Source: Squalus acanthias (lineage: Eukaryota). Taken from it: a stretch of 64,000 bases of DNA. A model generated the notes under the pieces. The model made no database searches. It had not been told where the DNA came from and saw only the letters and a list, made by a program, of their open reading frames with translations. A program made the position numbers and the translations under genes. The stretch is taken from the NCBI GenBank assembly GCA_030390025.1, contig JASTWF010000034.1, forward strand, positions 5,890,001-5,954,000, in the 5' to 3' direction. This document shows, one piece after another, positions 52,246 to 64,000 of the stretch (positions are counted from its first letter, which is position 1; every line of letters begins with the position of its first letter).

Positions 52246-53920
52246 ATTAATATTTTGCATCTGTGTTCACTATGGAGAAGGACGATGGAGGCATAGAAAT
52301 CAGGCAGGGGGATTGTGATATACTTGAACAAATTAGTATTGAGAGGGAGGAGGTACTCGCGGTTTTAGCGGGCTTAAAAGTGGATAAATCCCCACACCCT
52401 GACGGAATGTATCCCAGGCTGCTGTGTGAGGCAAGGGAGGAGACTGCAGGGGCTCGGACACAAATTTTCAGAACCTCTCTGACCACAGGGGAGGTGCCAG
52501 AGGACTGGAGAACAGCTAACGTGGTACCATTGTTCAAGAAGGGTAGTAGGGATAAACCAGGGAATTACAGGCCAGTGAGCCTAACATCAGTGATAGGGAA
52601 ATTATTGGAAAAAATTCTGAGGGACAGAATTAGTCTCCACTTGGAGAGGCAAGGATTAATCAGGGATAGTCAGCATGGCTTTGTCAGTGGGAGATCATAT
52701 CTAACCAATGTGATTGAATTTTTTGAGGGGGTGACTAGGTGTGTGGATGACGATAGTGCAGTTGATGTCGTCTACATGGTCTTCAGTAAGGCTTTTGATA
52801 AAGTCCCACATGGGAGACTGGTCACGAAGGTAAGAGGCCATGGGATCCAGGGCAATTTGGCACATTGGATTCAAAATTGGCTTAGTGGCAGGAGGCAGAT
52901 GGTGATGGTCGAAGGTTGTTTTTGTGACTGGAAGCCTGTGTCCAGTGGTGTAACGCAGGGAAAGGTCTGTGTCCTTTGCTGTTTGTAGTGTACATTAATG
53001 ATTTAGATATGAATGTAATTTCGCAGATGACACGAAAATTGGTGGAGTGGTAAATAGCGAGGAGGGAAGCCTCAGGCTACAGGACGATATAGACGGGATG
53101 GTTAGATGGGCAGAACAGTGGCAAATGGAATTTAACCCTGAAAAGTGTGAGTGATGCATTTTGGGAGGACAAACAAGGCAAGGGAATACACAATGAATGG
53201 TAGGACCCTAGGAAGGACAGAGGATCAGCGGGACCTTGGCGTGCATGTACATAGATCCCTGAAGGCAGCAGGGCAGGTAGATAAGGTGGTTAAAAAGGCA
53301 TATTGGATATTAGCCGAGGCATACAATATAAGAGCAGGGAGGTTATGATGGAGCTGTACAAAACGCTAGTTTGGCCACAGTTGGAATACTGTGTGCAGTT
53401 CTGGTCACCACACTATAGCAGGGATGTGATTGCATTGGAGAGGGTGCAGAGGAGATTCACCAGGTTGTTACCTGGGCTGGAGCGTTTCAGCTGTGAAGAG
53501 AGACTGGACAGGCTGGGGTTGTTTTCCTTAGAGCAGAGAAGGCTGAGGGGGGACCTGATTGAGGTGTACAAAAGTATGAGGGGCATAGCTAGGGTGGATA
53601 AAAAAGAAATTCTTCCCTTCGTAGAGGGGTCAATAACCAGGGGGCATAGTTTCAAGGTAAGGGGCAGGAGGTTTAGAGGGGATTTGAGGCAAATCTTTTT
53701 CACCCAGAGGGTGGTTGGAATCTGGAGCTCACTCCCTTAAAGGTGGTAGAGGCAGCAACGCTCACAACATTGAAGCAGCATTTAGATGAGCACTTGAAAC
53801 GCCATAGCATACAAGGCTAGGGACCAAGTGCTGGAAAATGGGTTTGGAATAGACAGGGCTTGATGGCCGGTGCAGACACGATGGGCCGAAGGGCCTCTTT
53901 CTGTGCTGTATAACTCTATA
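52245..53920 (+). mobile_element. CR1 RT and 3' end (duplicate of 18655-20150)
   Basis: Near-identical translation, including the same internal deletion. Confidence 0.95.
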
Positions 53921-54780
53921 AACACTTCAGGGCAGGAGCAGCACGGTTTAGATACAGAGTAAAGCCCCCTCAATAACGTCCCATCAAACATTCCCAGGAC
54001 ACGAACAGCAGGGGTTAGAAAAAGAGTCAAGCTCCCTCTACACTGTCCCATCAAACATTCCCAGGACAGGAACAGCAGGGGTTAGATACAGAGTAAAGCT
54101 CCCTCTACACTGTCCCATCAAACATTCCCAGGGCAGGCACAGCATGTTTCAGATTCAGAGTAAAGCTGTCACTAAACTGTCCCATCAAACACTCCCAGGG
54201 CAGGTTCAGACCAAGTTTGATACAGATTAAAGCTCCCTCTACACTGTCCCATCAAACACTCCCAGGGCAGGCACAGCAGGGTTTAGAAACAGAGTAAAGC
54301 TCCCTCTACAATGTCCCATCAAACACTCCCAGGGCAGGTACAGCATGTGTTAGATTCAGAGTAAAGCTCCATCTTAAATGTCCCATCAAACACTCCCAGG
54401 GCAGGTACAGCACGGGTTAGATACAGAGTAAAGCTCCCTCTACAATGTCCCATCAAACACTCCCAGGGCAGGTACAGCACGGGTTAGATACAGAGTAAAG
54501 CTCCCTCTGCACTGTCCCATCAAACTCTCCCAGGGCCTGTACAGCACGGGTTAGATACAGAGTAAAATTCCATCTACACTATCCCATCAACTCAATCCCA
54601 GGACACGTGTAATACGGGTTAGATGCAGAGTAAAGCACCCTCTACACTATCTCATCAAATACTCCCAGAGCAGGTACAGCACGGGTTAGATACAGAGTAA
54701 AGCTCCCTCTGCACTGTCCCATCAAACACTCCCAGGGCAGGTACAGCACGGGTTAGATACAGAGTAAAGCTCCCTCCTAT
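53920..54780 (+). repeat. 67-bp satellite array
   Basis: Same unit as 16770. Confidence 0.95.
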
Positions 54781-54825
54781 TTGGTTCATCAACACAACTA
54801 ACTCAGGTGTAGCACGACATGAATC

Positions 54826-55035
54826 TGTCATTCATGACTTATGAAATTATACTGAGTGGCCTGTGGGTGGCGCTGTCCAAGGAGAGTATAAATACTCGGG
54901 CACGGGTCCAGCTTGCGCGGGACATACTTAACCGGAACTAGTGAAGGACACAACTAGTTCTCCATGTTGTAAAACAGTTGATTAAAGCGTTGTTTAACGA
55001 TTAGACCAGGTGCCTAGTAGTTATCTGACGTAACA
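54826..55035 (+). mobile_element. Candidate 210-bp solo LTR
   Basis: TGTCA...TAACA ends, TATAAATA, ATTAAA; absent from the paralogous flank at 37630-37680; no clean target-site duplication. Confidence 0.45.
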
Positions 55036-55318
55036 GCATGTGTTCAATGCAGCGTACAGCTGCCTTGACACTGCCCAATGAAGCACAACCAGCTCAGGTA
55101 CAGCACGGGGTCAATACAGAATAAAGATCCCTATACATGTAAATGTCAAACACTCCCGGGTGAGGTACGGGCAAGGTTTATCTCCGAGTTAAGCTCCGCT
55201 CAACTTGCCACATCAAAGGCCGAGCCTGATGGCAGATGTTGAACAGCTCCCCGTATCTGGTTAGACTCTCACCTCAGCAAATTCCTGGACTGATGGGATT
55301 CTCAGTAAAGTTCCTCAC

Positions 55319-55840
55319 CTTTCCAATCATTGTTGAAGCTTCCCGTTTTATCCCGTCTCCGACACGGGGGGGTCTCGGTCCCACCAGATCTGCTCTGTGA
55401 AACCAGAGACATTTCTCCAGTCCCAGTCAGTGTGGCGATGATTCGACTTCTCTCTCTCCACCTTCCTGAGATATTGCTCACTCCCAGAGACTGTCAATAG
55501 AAAAATGAGACATATTAATCCCAGAATCTCTACCTGTAATACAGCGGGACTGTTTTTGTGTCTGTGATTGTATCTATTATGAAGATATTTGCAATTAATG
55601 AGTGTTTGAATTACTGTAGATAATATTAAATAGTTCTTTTCGGCCCTTTGCCCTGTTTATTGGGACTGAACACTCCCAGTGTCAGCTGTCACTCCAGCTC
55701 CTCCCACAATGACACCCCACTGATGGGCCGTAACCAGGGGCGGGGCCCTGTCTCCAGGTGACATCACAACGGAACCGGGAGCCAATCACACAGCAGCTTG
55801 GAACAATGTCACAAAGTAGCCGTAGCCCCTCCCACTCGCG
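55319..55840 (-). other. Promoter/exon cassette copy D (exon 55319-55490, 172 bp, +1 insertion)
   Basis: Aligns with copies A-C; extra base in the C run. Confidence 0.6.
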
Positions 55841-55849
55841 GGGCAGGTA

Positions 55850-56730
55850 CATAAGAACATAAGAATTAAGAGCAGGAGTAGGCTATTCAGCCCTTCGAGC
55901 CTGCTCTGCCACTCAATAAGATCATGGCTGATCTTTGACCTCAACTCCACTTTCTCGCCTGATCCCCATATCCCTTGATTCCCCTAGAGTCTAAAATTCT
56001 ATCTGTGTCAGCCTTGAATATACTCAAAGACTCAGTCTTCACAGTCCTTTCGTGCAGAGAATTCCAACCCTCTGAGTGAAGAAATTCCTTCTCATCTCAG
56101 TCTTAAATGGCCGACCCCTTATCCTGAGTCTATGCCCCCTAGTTCTAGACTCTCCAGCCAGGGGAAACAATCTCTCAGCGTTTACCCTGTCAATCCCCCT
56201 CAGAATCTTATATGTTTTAATGAGATCACCTTTCATTCTTCTAAACTCCAGAGAGGAGAGGCCCAATCTACTCAATCTCTCCTCATAGGACAATCCTCTC
56301 AACCCAGGGATCAATCTAGGGGACCCTTTGTTGCACCGCTTCTAAGGCATGTATGTCCTTTCTCAGATAAGGAGACTAAAACTGTGCACAACACTCCAGG
56401 TGTGGTTTCACCTAAGCCCTATATAATTGTAGCAAGACTTCCTTACTCTTGTACTCCAACCCCCTTGCAATAAAGGCCAACATGCCATTTGTCTTTCTAA
56501 TTGCTTGCTGTACCTGCATGCTAACTTTCTATGTTTCCTTTAAGAGGACACCTATATCTCTCTGAACAGCAACATTTAACAGTTTCTCACCATTTAAAAA
56601 TATTGTTTTTCTATTCTTCCGACCAAAGTGAACAGCCTCACATTTCCCCACATTATACTCCATCTGCCACCTTATTGCCCACTCACTTAACAGGTCTATA
56701 TCTCTTCGCAGGCTCTTTGTGTCCTCTTCA
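55850..56730 (-). mobile_element. CR1 3' fragment
   Basis: IPGLRGLSYEERL...RRNFFTQRV and tail. Confidence 0.9.
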
Positions 56731-57344
56731 CACTGGACCCTGAATTAGTTCAAGATGTCCACTCTGACATTCCACCAACATAGTAAGGAGTTTAATCAGA
56801 AAGGAGGACAAGATTTGGTCAACACCAGTGCCATATCAGCTTGGTGCTGGGATGCAGAGATGATGCCTTCCCAGTTTATGTACTTCACTCTGGTAATGTC
56901 CATACAGAATGTTACCAGTTTGGTAAAGACCCAATCCTTGGATGGCCCTGGAGTGGTCAACTGCTATCTAGCCTATGCTCTGAATTGTCTATAGCTGGAT
57001 GTGCACAAATACAAGTGCTTTATTTACTGGATTTTCTTGAGTTGTAAGGAAGTACAACACGTCCAATAAGTAGGATCTGCTGGACTGATCTATGCAACAT
57101 CTTTGACAATCTAGTCACTTGGATCTGGAGCATACAAAATTTGTTTACATAATGCACTTAGTTCTATATCATGGAGCTGTGTGAGCTACATATGAACAAT
57201 TATAATGCAAGGCACCAATCCAGCTTTGCTAATTTAAAAACTACCTTCGTGTGAGAAAATTCACATAAAAGCACTTAACCCAAGGTAAGTTACAGATGCA
57301 TTTAAAATGTTTCCACCGATATGTGGGAGCAGTGCAGAGAATTT

Positions 57345-57715
57345 TATTTTTTTATTTGTTCATGGGATGTGGGCGTCGTTGGCAAGGCCAGCATTTATTA
57401 TCCATCCCAAATTGCCCTCAAGAGAGTGGTGGTGAGCTGCCTTCTTGAACCGTTGCAGTCCATGTGGGGAAGACACTCCCACAGTGCTGTTAGGGAGGGA
57501 GTTCCAGGATTTTGATTCAGCGACGATGAAGGAACGGCGATATTTTTCCAAGTCAGGATGGTGTGTGACTTGGAGGGGGAAAGTGGAGGTGGTGGTGTTC
57601 CCAAGCAACTGCTGCCATTGTCTTTCTAAGCGGTAGAGGTCACAGGTTTTGGAGGTGCTGTTGAAGAAGCCTTGGCGAGTTGTTGCTGTGCATCTTGTTG
57701 ATGGTACACACTGTC
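57345..57715 (-). mobile_element. LINE 3' end
   Basis: Reverse complement of the 4330-4668 tail. Confidence 0.85.
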
Positions 57716-59177
57716 TAGATTGCAGTATTAGGTTTCCTACATGGATTAACACCTGATCTCCATTGCTGCTTTTCTACCAATCTAGTTGAGATTTGCATTT
57801 GGATTGTAAGGAATTGCCAGACTAAACTGTACCCTTGTCTCTATGGTGCAGTGCAGTGTGTTACGACGCCTTAATTTAATAATGTTAGAATGTGAATTGC
57901 TGCCTATCCAGCAGCCAGATAACATTTTTTAAATTAGTTAATATTCTTAATAACTAGGACCTTTAAAGATTACATCAGATTTGTCATCTGAAGAAAGGGT
58001 TCAATACAGCAACAGGTGGAAATTATGCAAAAGAAGTCCAAATGTTTTTCACCAGTTAAGTCAGAAGACAGTATGATAGCCCAAGATTTGCTGTTTGCCT
58101 CCTTTAACATACTGCTATTAATCACCTATTTTCGATAAAAACACACTGTATGAGCATTGGGAAGATAAATGGTAATTTCTTGGTTGGATGCCCAAGTCCA
58201 ATAAATACAAAAATATCTTTCTACTGCCAATCCTAGTCTGTGTCAAGCTATTTTTAACCACTGCTTAGATGAGATTTTTATAACATGATCGAAATTACCA
58301 TTTTCTGCTGGCTATTTCAACTGATGACAGACAAGCATAGCTGTGTGTCCTCCACTGCACCAGGGTATACAGGCAATAATTATGTTACTTTAACCATCAT
58401 GATGCTGGCTCATAAAACATATAATTATTTGAAATTACTAGAAATTTAAGAGACAACAAAGCAGCTTCTCAAACTTGAATTAACAGCGGACCATTAAGGA
58501 TAAATTGCAACCTCAGAAACTCCCTCTACAGCTGGCAAAAAGCCAAAGGAGATCGGAACATATAAAAAGAGTAAATCGATGGATGCCTCAAGGATCAAGT
58601 AATTTTAGCTAAGTTATCCCCAAAGTAACTCTAAACACAGAGTGCAATGGGGTGGGACTTGAATTTTGCAATATAGGATTATTAGCGATAAGCACATGTT
58701 GTCAACTACACAAATAAATTGTCTTTCAATGATACCCCCGTCAAGAGAAATACTATTCAGAACCATGGCTATGAGTAACTCTGAAACAATCAGAAGGACA
58801 GGACAAGACCAAAACATATGCATGAATGCAGCTTCAGCAGATCTTTGTCTTATGGCACTTAATCTGCTATTACCCATAGTACCACATTCTTAACAGTTAA
58901 CGAGGGTTATTCAAGGTGAAAAGTTAGTGCTATTTTGTCTTGGTTTGATTTCCTAAGTGTTTTAAAAAGTTAGTAGTATAAATTATTCTATCTGAATACT
59001 CCTTTAAGTGAATAAACTAACTGATTTGTCCTACACTATTTTTATCTGCTTTGGCAATCATGGTAGGACACCTTAAAAATAAATAATAATGGCGTACAGT
59101 TTCTTTCAATTATTCAGTCTACTGTGACCAAGAAAACAGTACAAAGCCAAAATGAAATGAGAGAAATCAGGTAAAAC

Positions 59178-60235
59178 AGGTACAATACAGAGCTCTCTCT
59201 GCATTACTCCGACAGTGTACCCCCACTTTATACCCAGTGTCAGCATCGAGTGCTCCCAGGGCAGGTACAATACAGAGCTCTCTCTGCATTACTCCGACAG
59301 TGTACCCCCACTTTATACCCAGTGTCAGCATCGAGTGCTCCCAGGGCAGGTACAATACAGAGCTCCCTCTACATTACTCCGACAGTGTACCCCCACTTTA
59401 TACCCAGTGTCAGCATCGAGTGCTCCCAGGGCAGGTACAATACAGAGCTCCCTCTACATTACTCCGACAGTGTACCCCCACTTTATACCCAGTGTCAGCA
59501 TCGAGTGCTCCCAGGGCAGGTACAATACAGAGCTCCATGAACATTACTCCGACAGTGTACCCCCACTTTATACCCAGTGTCAGGATCGAGTGCTCCCAGG
59601 GCAGGTACAATACAGAGCTCCCTCTACATTACCCTGACAGTGTACCCCCACTTTATACCCAGGGTCAGCATCGAGCACTCCCAGGGCAGGTACAATACAG
59701 AGCTCCCTCTACATTACCCTGAGAGTGTACCCCCACTTTATACCCAGTGTCAGCATCGAGTGCTCCCAGGGCAGGTACAATACAGAGCTCCCTCTACATT
59801 ACTCCGACAGTGTACCCCCACTTTATACCCAGTGTCAGCATCGAGTGCTCCCAGGGCAGGTACAATACAGAGCTCCATGAACATTACTCCGACAGTGTAC
59901 CCCCACTTTATACCCAGTGTCAGGATCGAGTGCTCCCAGGGCAGGTACAATACAGAGCTCCCTCTACATTACCCTGACAGTGTACCCCCACTTTATACCC
60001 AGGGTCAGCATCGAGCACTCCCAGGGCAGGTACAATACAGAGCTCCCTCTACATTACCCTGAGAGTGTATCCCCACTTTATACCCAGTATAAGCAGCAAG
60101 CACTCCCGGGGCAGGTACAATAAGGAGCACCCTGTACAATACCCTAACAGTGTCCCCCCACTTTATACCCAGTGTCAGCATGGAGCGCTCCCGGGGTAGG
60201 TACAATAAAGAGCTCCATCTATATTACACTGACAT
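59178..60235 (+). repeat. 85-bp tandem repeat, about 12 units
   Basis: Same unit as 32670; a 340-bp four-unit block is duplicated. Confidence 0.95.
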
Positions 60236-60271
60236 TAACATTATTACTACCTCCCTCTCCCCGCTCCGTAC

Positions 60272-60380
60272 CAATTCTGTTCCTGACTGTGCTCCAGCTC
60301 GTGTTCCCCCAGCTAAAGTTTCTCTTCTGTATGTTGCAGGTATTCCTGGGCCCACTTCGCTGGGCAGGACACAGCAGGCT
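60272..60380 (-). pseudogene. PEX5: PEX5 copy 2: single exon of 109 bp with an in-frame TAG
   Basis: CAG|EPAVSCPAKWAQEYLQHTEEKL*LGEHELEHSQEQNW|GTACGG. Confidence 0.88.
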
Positions 60381-60464
60381 CTGCGGGGGGACAGGAAGTG
60401 TCAGAGGTCAAACACCATTTAAAGTTATACACCCACAGGCCGCTTTAATCACCCTCAGGACCTT

Positions 60465-61110
60465 TCCCACAATGCCCAGTGTCAGTGACGCTGTATCCAC
60501 AATTCCCAGGGGCAATGACCCTGTACCCACAATGCCCAGGGGCAGTGACCATTTACCGACAATATCCAGGGTCATTGAGCTTACCCACAATGCCCAGTGT
60601 CAGTCCCTTGTTCCCACAATGCCCAGGGTCAGTGACGCTGCATCCACAATGCCCAAGGTCAGTGACCCTGTACCCACAATGCCCAGGGTCAGTGACGCTG
60701 CATCCACAATGCCCAAGGGCAGTGACCCTGTACCCACAATGCCCAGGGGCAGTGATAATTTACCGAAAATGTCCAGGGTCATTGAGCTTACACAAACTGC
60801 CCAGTGTCAGTCCCCTGTACCCACAATGCCCAGAGTCAGTGACATTCTACTCACTATTCCTGAGGGTCAGTTACCTTACCCACAATACCCAAGGTCATGA
60901 CCCGTTCCCACAAGGCCCAGGGTCAGTGACCCAGTACCCACAAGATTCAGGATCAGTGATCTGTACCCACAATGCCCAGGATCAGTCACCCAGTACCCAC
61001 AAGGCCCACGTTCAGTGATCTGTACCCACAATGCCCAGGATCAGTCACCCAGTACCCACAAGGCCCAGGGTCAGTGATCTGTATCCACAATGCCCGAGTT
61101 CAGTGACCCA
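60465..61110. repeat. Degenerate 30-bp minisatellite
   Basis: Same unit as 33185. Confidence 0.9.
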
Positions 61111-61406
61111 CAAACAGAACCAACTCTGATACATCATGTGTTCAATGCAGCATACAGTTCCCCTGTCACTGCCCAATGAAGCACAACCAGCTCAGGTACA
61201 GCATGGGGTGAATAAAGATCCCATTACCTGTAAGTGTCAAACACTCCCAGGTGAGGTACGGGCAATGTTTATCTCTGAGTTAAGCTCCGCTCAACTTGCC
61301 GCTTGAGGTGAGCCTGACAACAGATGTTGAACAGCTCCCAGTATCTGGTTAGATTCGCACCTCGGAAAATTCCTGGACTGGTGGGATTCTGAGTAAAGTT
61401 CCTCCC

Positions 61407-61845
61407 CTTTCCAATCATTGTTGAAGCTTCCCGTTTTTTCCCATCTCTGACACTGGGGGTCTCGATCCCACCAGATCTGCTCTGTGAAACCAGAGACATT
61501 TCTCCAGTCCCAGTCAGTGAGGCGATGATTCGACTTCTCTCTCTCCACCTTCCTGAGATATTGCTCACTCCCAGAGACTGTCAATAGAAAAATGATTCAT
61601 ATTAATCCCAGAATCTGTAACTGGAATACAGTGGGACTGTTTTTGTGACTGATTATATTTAATTTGATTAAACTCACTGCCAGTGTCAGCTGTCACTCCA
61701 GCTCCTCCCACACTGACATCCTACTGATGGGCTGTAACCAGGGGCGGGGCCCTGACTCCAGGTGACATCACAAAGGAACCGGGAGCCAATCACATGGCAG
61801 CCTGGAACAATGTCACAAAGTGGCCATCGCCCCTCCCACTACCGG
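61407..61845 (-). other. Promoter/exon cassette copy E (exon 61407-61577; donor GT changed to GG)
   Basis: MSLVSQSRSGGIETPSVRDGKKREASTMIGK then GGGAGG; all promoter motifs present. Confidence 0.6.
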
Positions 61846-62560
61846 AGCAGGTACAATACAGAGCTCCCTCTACATTACCCTGACAGTGTCCCCCCACTTT
61901 ATACCCAGTGTCAGCATCGAGCACTCCCAGGGCAGGTACAATACAGAGCTCCCTCGACATTACCCTGAGAGTGTCCCCCCACTTTATACCCAGTGTCAGC
62001 ATCCAGCACTCCCAGGGCAGGTACAATACAGAGCTCCCTCTACATTACCCTGAGAGTGTACCCCCACTTTATACCCAGTGTCAGCATCCAGCACTCCCAG
62101 GGCAGGTACAATACAGAGCTCCCTCTACATTACCCTGAGAGTGTACCCCCACTTTATACCCAGTATCAGCATCCAGCACTCCCAGGGCAGGTATAATACA
62201 GAGCTCCCTCTACATTACCCTGACAGTGTCCCCCCACTTTATCCAAATGTCAGCATCCAGCACTCCCAGGGCAGGTATAATACAGAGCTCCCTCTACACG
62301 ACCCTGACAGTGTCCCCCCACTTTATCCAAATGTCAGCATCCAGCACTCCCAGGGCAGGTATAATACAGAGCTCCCTCTACATTACCCTGACAGTGTCCC
62401 CCCACTTTATACCCAGTGTCAGCATCCAGCACTCCCAGGGCAGGTATAATACAGAGCTCCCTCTACATTACCCTGACAGTGTCCCCCCACTTTATACCCA
62501 GTGTCAGCATCGTGCACTCCCAGGGCAGGTACAGTACCGAGCTCCCTCTACATTACCCTG
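61845..62560 (+). repeat. 85-bp tandem repeat, about 8 units
   Basis: Same unit as 32670. Confidence 0.95.
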
Positions 62561-62593
62561 ACATTACCACTGTTACTCCCTCCCGCTCCATAG

Positions 62594-63716
62594 CATTTCT
62601 GTTCCTCACTCTGCTCCAGCTCGGGTTCCCCAGCTACAGTTCCTCTGCCGTTTGTTCCAGGTATTCCAGGGTCCACTTTGCTGGACAGGCCACAGCGGGG
62701 TCTAAGGGTAGAGGAAGGTTCAGAAGTCAAACACCATTTAAAGTGAAACAGTCAGAGCGGCCGTAATCACCCTCAGGACCTTAACCACAATGCCCAGGGT
62801 CAGTGACCCTTTACCAACAATGCCATGGGGCAGTGACCCTGTACCCACAATGCTCGGGGTCAGTGGCCCTGTACCAACAATGCCCGGGGTCAGTGTCCCT
62901 GTACCCACAATGCCCGGGTTCAGTGAACCTATACCCACAATGCCCGGGGTCAGTGTCCCTGTACCCACAATGCCCGGGGTCAGTGAACCTATACCCACAA
63001 TGCCCAGGGTCAGTGTCCCTGTATCCACAATGCCCGGGGTCAGTGACCCTGTACCCACAATGCCCGTGGTCAGTGACCCTGTACCCACAATGCCATGGGG
63101 CAGTGGCCCTGTACCCACAATGCCCGGGGTCAGTGTCCCTGTACCCACAATGCCCGGGGTCAGTGAACCTATACCCACAATGCCCGTGGTCCGTGACCAT
63201 GTACCCACAATGCCCGTGGTCAGTGACCCTGTACCCACAATGCCATGGGGCAGTGGCCCTGTACCCACAATGCCCAGTGTCAGTGTCCCTGTACCTACAA
63301 TGCCCGGGGTCAGTGTCCCTGTACCCACAATGCCCTGGGTCAGTGAACCTATACCCACAATGCCCGGGGCTGTGACCCTGTACCACAATGCCCGGGGTCA
63401 GTGACCCTGTACCCACAATGCCCGGGGTCAGTGTCTCTGTACCCACAATGCCCGGGGTCAGTGACCCTGTACCCACAAAGCCCGTGGTCAGTCACACACA
63501 TACACGGAAAGGCCCAGGCTCCATCCCCGGACTGTGCTGAGTTGTTTCCCTGCTCCACCCTCTACTCCCAGGGGTGATCTTACCTTGCTGCGGAGCGTGG
63601 CGAAGTCTCGAGTTCTCAATCTGCTGCATCTCCGCCAGCAGGTCGTCCATTTTGAATGTTTGAGGTGCCCGGGGCAGCAGCGGCCCATTCTGCTCAGTCA
63701 CAAACTCCGAAACTAA
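62594..63716 (-). pseudogene. PEX5: Partial PEX5 copy 3 (may continue past the window end)
   Basis: Intact 133-bp exon 63716-63584 [44 protein letters not shown]; exon 62701-62594 with TAG, a 1-bp deletion and a dead donor; the exon between them is missing. Confidence 0.92.
62785..63490. repeat. 30-bp minisatellite, about 23 units
   Basis: Same unit as 33185. Confidence 0.95.
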
Positions 63717-64000
63717 CTGCGAGAGGGAGGGAGAGAGAGGCGGCAATTAGACCCACATAATGATATGTGCCCCAATCCTCAAATGTCCCCACCCGGAGTG
63801 GGTACTGAGAGCCCCACACACTCGGAGCAGAAAAGGCCGAGGCTCCATCCCCGGCCTGTGCTGAGTTACCCTGATCCTCGCCTGGTGTGGTGCTGAGAGC
63901 CCCCACACACTCAGAGCAGGAAAGGCCCAGGCTTCATTCCCGGCCTGTGCTGAGTTACCCTGACCCTCACACGGTGAATGGAGCCTGGATTACAGGCTGA

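Overview
Repeat-dense vertebrate DNA that looks like cartilaginous fish (shark/ray), judged from its CR1 LINEs, Deu-domain tRNA-SINEs, Penelope and RTE elements and a 67-bp satellite. I see no certainly intact protein-coding gene. (1) A two-exon GPR139/GPR142-like class-A GPCR on + (exon 1 3813-3888, exon 2 9413-10313) has one 1-bp frameshift. Its 5.5-kb intron holds a decayed Harbinger transposon and a 54-bp array, and a 27-bp array of YY1-type motifs follows the stop. (2) Three partial, decayed copies of N-terminal PEX5 exons lie on the minus strand (32992-35541, 60272-60380, 62594-63716). (3) An unidentified minus-strand cassette (CCAAT/CRE/GC-box promoter, short exon, 171-bp exon) is repeated 5-6 times and interleaved with the PEX5 pieces. 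(4) There is also an orphan CpG-island promoter, a Penelope fragment with an intact minimal hammerhead ribozyme core, a near full-length RTE joined to a 4.6-kb hairpin minisatellite, many CR1 fragments and a 3.7-kb segmental duplication. All homology calls come from recognising motifs by eye; no searches were run. Repeat boundaries are approximate.
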